Of a stretch of 64,000 nt of DNA, positions 56,491 to 64,000 are shown in pieces; within the stretch, counting starts at the first letter, position 1, and every line of letters begins with the position of its first letter. Location of the stretch: the NCBI GenBank assembly GCA_963764165.1, contig CAVXRD010000002.1, positions 2,560,001-2,624,000 on the forward strand. Direction: 5' to 3'. A program made the position numbers and the translations under genes. Below the pieces are notes generated by a model. It was given only the letters and a program-made list of their open reading frames with translations, was not told the DNA's origin and did no database searches. The stretch is from an uncultured Verrucomicrobiae bacterium (lineage in GTDB: Bacteria > Verrucomicrobiota > Verrucomicrobiia > Limisphaerales > Palsa-1400).

Positions 56491-59145
56491 CTACGGGGTC
56501 TGCGAAATCAACGGCTGCTTGTTCAATAGCGCGATGTAATCCGTCATGATATGGCGGGCTTCATCAAGCGCGGGATCGACGGGGCCTTCGGCGGCAACTT
56601 CCGCATCCAGGTCCTCATCGTCGGAAAAGGCCGATGAAGCGGATGCCGTGGCTGAGTTCGTCTTCACCGCCATGGGTTCAAGCTGGGCGAGATCGACATT
56701 TTTCAAGGTGAGATCGTATATTTTTTCCTCCGGCTTCTTGCGGGATGCGATCTCGCGCTTGATGGCTTCCGCGCGGGCCGCGTTTGTTTTTTGTTCCGCC
56801 TGGCGGTCGGCTAAATTCAACGACACCGTTTTGTCCGCCTGCATTTTCAAAAATTCGGCAATGTCGTCGCGAATATATTGATAATCCTTGCTGGCGGCGA
56901 CGCGTTGTTTGGAGCGTTCCAGAAGCGTCGGCAAATACGGACGCACGCGGTGCATGTTGATCGGATCGGCGCTCGTCACTTCGTCGAAGGGCATCGCTTC
57001 CGGCAACGCGCTCTCGCCGATATCGTTCGTGTCCGCGTTCAATCTTGAGGGCAGTTCGATGTCGGAGAGGACGCCCTTGAGCTGGGTCGAACTTCCACCG
57101 GCGCGATAAAACTTTTTGATCGTCAGCTTGAGCTCGCCCGGATCGTAGGCGGTGTCGTAAGGCAAATTGTTCCTGCGCTGAAATTGGATCAGATATGGCT
57201 GCAATCCCTGCATCGTCTGCACGGTTCCCTTGCCGAAGGTGGAATGATCGCCCACGATCAGCGCGCGGTCATAATCCTGCATGGCGCCCGCCATGATCTC
57301 AGAAGCCGAGGCGCTTAAACGGCTGGTCAGCACAATCAGCGGCCCGTCATAGATGGGCGACTTGGAGCTGCTGTCGGTCGAGCAATCGCCGGACGGCTCC
57401 TTCGTTTGGACGATTGGCCCCTTCGGAACAAATAATCCAGACAGGCTGACGGCCTCTTCCAGATAGCCGCCGCCGTTGTGCCGCAAATCCAAAATGATTC
57501 CTCCGACCTTTTCCTCCTTCATCCGGCGGACGAGCTTCGCGACGTCGCCAGCCATGCTTTTGCCGGCTTCGGGATTGGCATAAAACGACGGAATGTTGAT
57601 CACGCCGATGCGCGCGGCCGAACCGGGAGTGTTCGTATTCTCATAAAGGCGCGCTTTGGATTCCTGCTCTTCCAATTTGATTTCGTCGCGGACCAGCGTG
57701 ACCTGTTTCCGGACGGAGGCGTCTATGGCGTCAGCCGGCGTCACCGTCAGCGTCACCTGACTGCCTTTTGGGCCGCGAATCATCTCGACGATTTTATCAA
57801 GCGTCATCCCTTCCACCTCGACCGGCTCGGCATTGCTTTGCGCCACCGCCACGATGCGATCGTTCTCGCGAATCTTGCCGCTCCTTTTGGCTGGGCCCTC
57901 CTTCAATTCCACAATTTTGCAATAGTCACTATCCTTGCCCAGCAAGGCGCCGATCCCGAAAAGCGAAAGCTTCATCTGAATTCCAAAATTTTCGGCGGTT
58001 ACATGGCCCATGAAATCCGAATGCGGGTCGTAAGCGCGGGCGAGGGAATTGATGTACCATTCGAACACGCGGTCGGAATCCAGCTCGTGGTAGTTCCGCA
58101 TCATCTGGTCGTAGCGGTTGGTCAGCGTCTTGTGGATTTCGGCCAGATTCTTTTCATTGAGATGAATCATGGCGATCAGGTTGGTCGACTTTTCTTCGGA
58201 GTTCGTTGCTGACGCATTGGGCTGGGTGGCAGCGGCCGCATTCGCCTGCCCCCCAGTTGGCGAGTAGAGCATGTCCGTATTGGTCGCGGATGAAACCGTC
58301 AAATTCGTCAATGCCGTTTCCAATTTCTCATGATGGAAGGTGACATCGCCAATTTCTTTTCCGTTCATGGCAAGGTGGTTTGTCGTTTTCTTGACGTTTT
58401 CCGGGATCGGAAAATTAAAATGCACCGTGGCGTCGGATCCGCCGTCGGCGAGTTCCACCACCAGGTTTGTCGGGAGCAAATCAAACGAAGCGGGGTGAAT
58501 TTTGTCGCGCTTCAGGGTCACCACGGCGTTGCCTTTGGAATCCAGCGTCACCGGCCCGACGAACTGGACATCCGGCGAATTGAGGAGCTGATCGAGATAT
58601 TCGCAGCGCAGCTCCTGCCGCCAAAAATCCTTGGCCTGGTCGAGGTCTTTCGCATAAGGCAGCGCATGGCGGTTCAGGGCGAAGCGCTCGTGGTTGGTAA
58701 ATTCAAATTGAGCCGTGGCGAGCATGTTGCTGGCGAGATCGTACCGCTGATGGACGCGCTCCATGAACCGCGAAAAAATCACCCAGCACGGCGTGAGATC
58801 CTGCTCCTTCAGCGTCATTATATTGAGCCTGCTCCGGTATTGCTGGAAATCATTAATGTCGCCCTGCACGAAGAACAGATGAAAATAATCGAGCGAGTCA
58901 ATAAAATGATCGAGGAATTTGCCGGACATTTCGGCGTCAAACGGATGCTGCAAATAGTTCCATTCCTGAATTTTCTCGGCGGCAATCCGGCCGACCAGCG
59001 GATCATTCGGATCGGCGGCGGCGGCGAATTCGGCGGCGGTGCGGGGTTCGGCGCCCTTGGGTGCGGCGGAAGCGTGGAAAAGAAAGAAGCAAAAAGCGAA
59101 GGCCGATGCCAGGCTCTTGGCCGCGAAAAACGATCTTGATCTCAT
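56491..59145 (-). CDS. Carboxy-terminal processing protease (S41A, Prc/Tsp-like) with internal insertion
   Basis: Motifs YDPHS, GIGA, PDZ IRGPKGS, DLRHNGGG, SASASEI, TFGKGTVQ, STQLKGV. Confidence 0.92.
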   Translation of the reverse strand: MRSRSFFAAKSLASAFAFCFFLFHASAAPKGAEPRTAAEFAAAADPNDPLVGRIAAEKIQEWNYLQHPFDAEMSGKFLDHFIDSLDYFHLFFVQGDINDFQQYRSRLNIMTLKEQDLTPCWVIFSRFMERVHQRYDLASNMLATAQFEFTNHERFALNRHALPYAKDLDQAKDFWRQELRCEYLDQLLNSPDVQFVGPVTLDSKGNAVVTLKRDKIHPASFDLLPTNLVVELADGGSDATVHFNFPIPENVKKTTNHLAMNGKEIGDVTFHHEKLETALTNLTVSSATNTDMLYSPTGGQANAAAATQPNASATNSEEKSTNLIAMIHLNEKNLAEIHKTLTNRYDQMMRNYHELDSDRVFEWYINSLARAYDPHSDFMGHVTAENFGIQMKLSLFGIGALLGKDSDYCKIVELKEGPAKRSGKIRENDRIVAVAQSNAEPVEVEGMTLDKIVEMIRGPKGSQVTLTVTPADAIDASVRKQVTLVRDEIKLEEQESKARLYENTNTPGSAARIGVINIPSFYANPEAGKSMAGDVAKLVRRMKEEKVGGIILDLRHNGGGYLEEAVSLSGLFVPKGPIVQTKEPSGDCSTDSSSKSPIYDGPLIVLTSRLSASASEIMAGAMQDYDRALIVGDHSTFGKGTVQTMQGLQPYLIQFQRRNNLPYDTAYDPGELKLTIKKFYRAGGSSTQLKGVLSDIELPSRLNADTNDIGESALPEAMPFDEVTSADPINMHRVRPYLPTLLERSKQRVAASKDYQYIRDDIAEFLKMQADKTVSLNLADRQAEQKTNAARAEAIKREIASRKKPEEKIYDLTLKNVDLAQLEPMAVKTNSATASASSAFSDDEDLDAEVAAEGPVDPALDEARHIMTDYIALLNKQPLISQTP

Positions 59146-59377
59146 TGCATTTGCGAATGTTAAAGGCGGTCGGAGAAGGCGCGCCAGCCTTCCAAAGGGC
59201 AGGCAACGCAAACCCAACAGAGCATAAACTAACCAATCCCCGCCCGTTCCGCCAGCGAAGTTTTTCGGGGTTAAGTCTCCACTTGTGACGGAAAGCGAAA
59301 AGCCAAATGCCAGACGGAAATGCTCTTTCGCGCAGGGAAGATGAGTGCGCGGAGGAACACAAGACAAATCCGCATCT

Positions 59378-60181
59378 CTAGGTGGGCGGGATAACGTCAC
59401 TCACTATCTTTACATTGTGCTCGCAGAATTTACGCACCGCGTGCAGCGACAAGTAGACCGTCTGCCCATTCGACTGTTCCAGCTCGATAAACTCCGCCCC
59501 GATATCATGCTCACGGATGCTCAACAGCTTCCGTCTGCCTTTGAAAAGCGCATTGCGATAAACCAGTAACTGATTTGTCTCGACGCAATAAACATCGTAT
59601 CGCTTATTCACATCAACTGGATCGAGCTGTGACTTTTGCACGGTCATATTCTTCGGATTACAAGAGGGTTGGCTGCTTTTTGCCGTGCTTGGAGCATTGG
59701 GACCGAGTTCTTTGAGGATTTCGATCCGTGTTTGCTCCGCATGAACATTAAGGTTCTTCAACACACGAGCCGTGACACCGTCGCCTTCGCGGAGCAAACC
59801 CAGCAGAAGATGTTCGGTCCCGATATAAGTGTGATTGAGCGCCTTGGCTTCCCGTGCGGCCACTGCCAGGATTTTCTTAAGGCGCGGTGCATATGGAATC
59901 GGATCGGATAGTGGCTGCTCAAGGCCTTTTCCGACCTGCTTCTCGACTTCCAACCGCACTATTTCAATCTCGAGGCCCATAGTCCTGAAGACGCTCACCG
60001 CCACGCCTCTCTCAAGCGCCAATACCCCGAGCAGCAGATGTTCGGCGCCGACGAAGTTGTGCCGAAGGCTGTCAGCTTCCCGGCGAGCCAACGCCAGCGC
60101 CTGCTGGGCGCGCGGCGAAAAGTTCAACGGTTCGAGCGAACCCATTGCCAGCCTTCTTCGGAATGACTTAAACCAGTTCAC
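59378..60181 (-). CDS. Stand-alone Clp N-terminal repeat protein with small C-terminal domain
   Basis: Two Clp_N repeats (FSPRAQQALALARREA..HNFVGAEHLLLG; EAKALNHTYIGTEHLLLGL); no Walker motifs. Confidence 0.82.
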   Translation of the reverse strand: MNWFKSFRRRLAMGSLEPLNFSPRAQQALALARREADSLRHNFVGAEHLLLGVLALERGVAVSVFRTMGLEIEIVRLEVEKQVGKGLEQPLSDPIPYAPRLKKILAVAAREAKALNHTYIGTEHLLLGLLREGDGVTARVLKNLNVHAEQTRIEILKELGPNAPSTAKSSQPSCNPKNMTVQKSQLDPVDVNKRYDVYCVETNQLLVYRNALFKGRRKLLSIREHDIGAEFIELEQSNGQTVYLSLHAVRKFCEHNVKIVSDVIPPT

Positions 60182-60406
60182 AAAAACAGATGCTGAAATC
60201 TCGGCGGCACCGCACGCCCTAAAGTGCCGCTGACGAAGCGCCGGGGAAAGCCAAAATGGTCACCGGTTGCGCATGGCAGTTGGATTTGTGGGACAATAAT
60301 TCTCGACGCTTTACATGCTGATGCCAGGCGATTATGCTGCGCGTGTTAGCTCGGCTAATGTCTTTCCAAACACGATAGGCATCAAAAAGTAAAAGTGGAG
60401 TCCTGA

Positions 60407-61414
60407 GTGAAAAGCGTTCATTCCCTTTTGTGGGCGTTATTGGCCGCTGTGGCGGCATGCGGCCGCGTTTGCGCGGCGGACAGCGAGGCGGCTAACAGCC
60501 TTTATTTGGTCATCACCAACGGCCCCAGTTCCTTTTCGCTCACCGCCTACAAGACGATTCCCAGTTGCGTTTATCGAATCGAAACGAATGCGGAATTGGC
60601 CAATCCCGCAGGCTGGGGCGAATGGCTCAGGGTTACCGCGACGGGTTCCGTCACACCTCTGGCCTCTTTAAGCGCCACCTTTCAACAACTGTATTTCCGG
60701 GCGGTCATCATGGGGCCCTCCGAAACGGGCGCCGCGGGTGAATTGTTTCTCGGCAAGGTTGTGAACAATGCGAAGGGGGGCACGAACGCGGCGGCGCCAG
60801 ACCTCAAAAGCTGGGGACGCCTGATCAATCCAGACAATGACGGAAAAGCGGCTGTGAACGGAGAGGAACTTGCGCTGAGCGTGCCCGGCGGCGGGCATCC
60901 GCACGATCTCGCCTCGGAAATTGATTTGATCAACTCGCCGCGCGTGGTGCGAAGCGTCGATGGAGATTTTGCGATTCAGGTTCGGACGGACGGGAAATTT
61001 GAACCGGGAGAGATTTCCACCTTTCCCGGCCGCCGAGCCTACAACGGAGCCGCCTTGATCATCATGGCCGGCCCGGGCGATGTGGTTACCTTGGCGCGGG
61101 CGGGACTGCAATACCCCGAAAAAAGCGCATCGTATTATGGGAATCTCGAAATGCGCGCCGGAGGGAATTTGGATCGGATAGGGATGTCTGGCGATTGCAG
61201 GCTGCCAGAGGCCGGTCCGGTGTATCTCAAGCTTGAAAAGCGCGGATTGCAGATCACTGCTTCAACCAGCCTCGACGGCAAGCAATGGCAGACCATTGGA
61301 ACAAAAACCATTCCATCAACATGGCCGCATGCGCTTTCAGCGGGAGTGGCAACAATCAGCACATCCGAGGCGGAATTCGCGCCGCGCTTCGCGCACTTGA
61401 GCATCACGCCATAG
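60407..61414 (+). CDS. Secreted protein with C-terminal DUF1349/concanavalin-like domain
   Basis: Signal peptide; NSPRVVRSVDGDF, VYLKLEKRG, STSLDGKQW. Confidence 0.65.
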   Translation: MKSVHSLLWALLAAVAACGRVCAADSEAANSLYLVITNGPSSFSLTAYKTIPSCVYRIETNAELANPAGWGEWLRVTATGSVTPLASLSATFQQLYFRAVIMGPSETGAAGELFLGKVVNNAKGGTNAAAPDLKSWGRLINPDNDGKAAVNGEELALSVPGGGHPHDLASEIDLINSPRVVRSVDGDFAIQVRTDGKFEPGEISTFPGRRAYNGAALIIMAGPGDVVTLARAGLQYPEKSASYYGNLEMRAGGNLDRIGMSGDCRLPEAGPVYLKLEKRGLQITASTSLDGKQWQTIGTKTIPSTWPHALSAGVATISTSEAEFAPRFAHLSITP

Positions 61415-61522
61415 CAATGCTTGTTCCCTAGGAACGATTCATCGGGGAAAGAGATGGGAATTAGCGGGGTGCATCTCACACCAGGTTTGTCCTGTTCCCG
61501 TCAAACGGGGCTGCATCTATAA

Positions 61523-61772
61523 CGGGGTGTGAGTGAAAGTGGGGGATGGACGCAGGCCGACAGGCGGAGCGCGGCTGTGTCGAAGACCAGCCGCAGCAAC
61601 TCTCAAACAAACGAAACGGATCTTCCTGTGGCCATCTCCGAAAAATCTATCAAAACTTCGGAACTGCGACTGGCGAGCCGTGCCGCTGTTTCCAACGCGC
61701 CACTTGCTTCGAAGCGGCTGCGGCTGGTCTTCGACACAGCCGCGCTCCGCTCAAAGCGAAATCGGCGGCAAT
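61523..61772. mobile_element. Inverted copy of the 51300-51488 composite element (one end decayed)
   Basis: GGGGTGTGAGTGAAAGTGGGGGATGGACGCAGGCCGACA + family C arms + TCAAAGCGAAATC. Confidence 0.75.
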
Positions 61773-61857
61773 CTCACTTACGCTTAACCCGCCTTTATTC
61801 ATACCCTCTATAGCAGCCTGCCGCGCGTTCCGTTCGACATCGTCATTCATTTTGTGT

Positions 61858-64000
61858 ATGACTGCGGCCTTGCAATCGAAAGCACAATCGCGCGCGCCGC
61901 GCTGGAAATTATGGTGCATGCGGCTGATCGCCGTCATTTTGGTGCCATGCCTTTTCCTGGCGTTGCTGGAATTTGCGCTTCACCTCATTGGATTTGGCTG
62001 CTCGACTTCGTTTCTGCTGAAATCGCAAAACAAGGGCGAGCTAACCTACATCCAAAACAACAAATTCACCTGGCGCTTTTTTGGGAAGCGCATGGCGCGC
62101 ACGCCCAATCCATTTTCCATCGGCCGCGACAAACCGCCCGGCACGGTGCGCATATTTGTCCTCGGCGAATCGGCCGCGTTCGGTGATCCGCAGCCGGCCT
62201 TCGGCTTGCCGCGCGTGCTGTCGGCCATGCTGAGCCTGCGCCATCCGGGCACCAATTTCGAAATCATCAATGGCGCGATGACGGCCATCAATTCGCATGT
62301 GATTCTGCCCATCGCCCGCGATTGCGCCCGCGCCCACGGGGACGTTTGGGTGATTTACATGGGCAACAATGAAGTCGTCGGCCCGTTCGGCGCGGGAACG
62401 ATTTTTGGCTCGCAAACGCTGCCGCTGCCGTGGATTCGCGCGGACCTCGCCTTGAAATCCACCCGCTTCGGGCAGTGCCTTGATGCGCTCCGCGATTCTG
62501 TCAATAAAAAGTCCGCCGACAAGAGCGAATGGGGCGGGATGGAAATGTTCCTCGGCCAGCAAGTCGCCGCGGATGACCCGCGCATGGCCTTCGTTTACAA
62601 AAATTTCGCGAGGAACCTGGAAGATATTATCCAGGCGGGACACAACTCGGGCGCGGGCGTGGTGGTCAGCACGATGGCTGTCAACTTGAGGGATTGCGCG
62701 CCGTTCGGATCCAGGCATCGCGCTGGGCTTTCGTCGGCTGATCTGCGGACGCTGGATGACGAAACGCGCCTCGGAACCCAAGCCCAGGCGGCGGGGGATT
62801 TTCTCACGGCGGTTCAACAATTTGGGAGCGCGGCAAAATTGGACGACGCCAGCGCGGAAATCCAATTTTGTCTGGGGCGCGCGCTGCTCTCCGCCGGTGA
62901 CGCCACCGGGGCGCGCAAAGCTCTCATCGCCGCCCGCGACCTCGACACTCTCCGCTTTCGCTGCGACTCGCGCCTGAACGATTTGATTCGCCAAGCTGGC
63001 AGCGGCCGCGAGCCGCAAAAAATTCTGCTGGCCGACGCTGAAACGTCCTTCGCCGAGGCATCGCCTGACGCATTGCCGGGATGGAATTTCTTCTACGAGC
63101 ACGTGCATTTTACGTTTGAGGGAAATTATTTGCTGGCGCGGGCGATTGCGGAAAAAGTTGAGCAGCTCCTTCCGCAAAACGGGCCGTCGCCGCCAGCGTG
63201 GCCTTCCATTGCCGATTGCGCCCGCCGCCTCGGACGCACCGAGCACGACTTGCAGCCAGCCTTGGCGGATATCTTCGGGAGGCTGGCCGACCCTCCTTTC
63301 GCCACGCAAATCAACCATGCCGAGCAGATGCAATATTGGATGCAGCAGTTGAAAAATTCCGAGGCGCATTCGAGCCAGAAAGAGGCGCTGAGCGTGTTGC
63401 AGGATGCGGTCAAGGCCAGTCCGAACGACGCGCAGCTTTTCGAAAATCTGGCCGTGCTGGAACAGTCGCTTGGACACTCCGCGGAAGCGGAGACCGCGGC
63501 GCGGCGCGCGGCGGATTTGGTGCCGAGCAGCGAATCGGCGTGGTCGGAGATGGGCTACGCTTGCGCGCAGGAGAAAAAATATGACGAGGCGCTGGGCGCT
63601 TTTCAGCAGGCGTTCAAATTAAACGAGCAAGATCCATGGCCATTGCAAAATATAGCGATGGCGCAAACGAAACTCGGAAAAACCAATGACGCGATGCGGA
63701 CCTACCGCCGAGCCTTCACGGTGGCGCCCAAATTCGGCCTCGCCTATTTGGGACTCGGCCAATTGCTCGAAAGCGAAGGCAAGACCAACGAGGCGTCGCA
63801 ATATTACCAGAAGGCTCTGGCCAACCGCATCCATCGTCCCTCGGAATTGGCGACGCTGGCGAAATTTTGCATGGCCCGCGGCTGGATCGAGGCCGCCGCC
63901 ACCAATTACGACGACGCCATTGCCATGGACCGCGTGAACGGGGAGCTTCGATTGGAAGACGGCAAAGCGCATTTCATGCTCGGGCAAAAATTTGGGAATG
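61858..64000 (+). CDS. Membrane-anchored SGNH-like + TPR protein, 3'-partial (absent from ORF track)
   Basis: Translated by hand from ATG 61858: TM segment, RIFVLGESAAFG, YMGNNEVVGPFG, EHVHF, then TPR-like helices; no stop seen before the window end. Confidence 0.8.
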   Translation, partial: MTAALQSKAQSRAPRWKLWCMRLIAVILVPCLFLALLEFALHLIGFGCSTSFLLKSQNKGELTYIQNNKFTWRFFGKRMARTPNPFSIGRDKPPGTVRIFVLGESAAFGDPQPAFGLPRVLSAMLSLRHPGTNFEIINGAMTAINSHVILPIARDCARAHGDVWVIYMGNNEVVGPFGAGTIFGSQTLPLPWIRADLALKSTRFGQCLDALRDSVNKKSADKSEWGGMEMFLGQQVAADDPRMAFVYKNFARNLEDIIQAGHNSGAGVVVSTMAVNLRDCAPFGSRHRAGLSSADLRTLDDETRLGTQAQAAGDFLTAVQQFGSAAKLDDASAEIQFCLGRALLSAGDATGARKALIAARDLDTLRFRCDSRLNDLIRQAGSGREPQKILLADAETSFAEASPDALPGWNFFYEHVHFTFEGNYLLARAIAEKVEQLLPQNGPSPPAWPSIADCARRLGRTEHDLQPALADIFGRLADPPFATQINHAEQMQYWMQQLKNSEAHSSQKEALSVLQDAVKASPNDAQLFENLAVLEQSLGHSAEAETAARRAADLVPSSESAWSEMGYACAQEKKYDEALGAFQQAFKLNEQDPWPLQNIAMAQTKLGKTNDAMRTYRRAFTVAPKFGLAYLGLGQLLESEGKTNEASQYYQKALANRIHRPSELATLAKFCMARGWIEAAATNYDDAIAMDRVNGELRLEDGKAHFMLGQKFGN

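Noticed and set aside
59146..59400. Long N-terminal extensions in the ORF track (also 2404-2634, 37257-37451, 40599-40715)
   Set aside because: Non-homologous-looking sequence before clear signal peptides or domain starts; downstream ATGs were chosen instead.
62041..63477. 478-aa minus-strand ORF
   Set aside because: Shadow of the plus-strand SGNH/TPR gene starting at 61858, which the track omits because it has no stop in the window.
1..64000. CRISPR array, tRNA or rRNA genes
   Set aside because: No regularly spaced repeat-spacer series or recognisable structural RNA was seen; the repeats are dispersed palindromes. A covariance-model search was not possible.

Overview
A GC-rich (roughly 60% by eye) bacterial chromosomal window. 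The gene content points to Verrucomicrobiota (Pedosphaera-like); this is inference from an ECF sigma with a TM extension, a prepilin-type H-X9-DG protein, a planctomycete-type cytochrome c and Tat-exported Gfo/Idh/MocA enzymes. Housekeeping genes are queD, a short rho, cysK, dapA-dapB-folK, an LptF/G permease, PNP, moeB, dgt-ispH, apbE, kdpDE and a C-terminal protease. Accessory content includes hicBA, a frameshifted HNH gene, an AT-rich ABC-ATPase/TOPRIM-like pair, an AT-rich restriction-modification pair, a complete IS4-family element and a Y1 transposase remnant. Intergenic DNA is dense with several REP-like palindrome families and MITE-like elements that nest inside one another. The most notable locus is 43.1-49.4 kb: an OmpR-type two-component system, a secreted YHYH protein and a single-chain MbnP(WxW)-MbnH(di-heme MauG-like) fusion. 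Both promoters there share one CTTCA-N6-CTTAAGGTT box, and the fusion carries an in-frame REP insertion. No rRNA, tRNA or CRISPR array was recognised. All family calls come from motif recognition by eye, not database searches.
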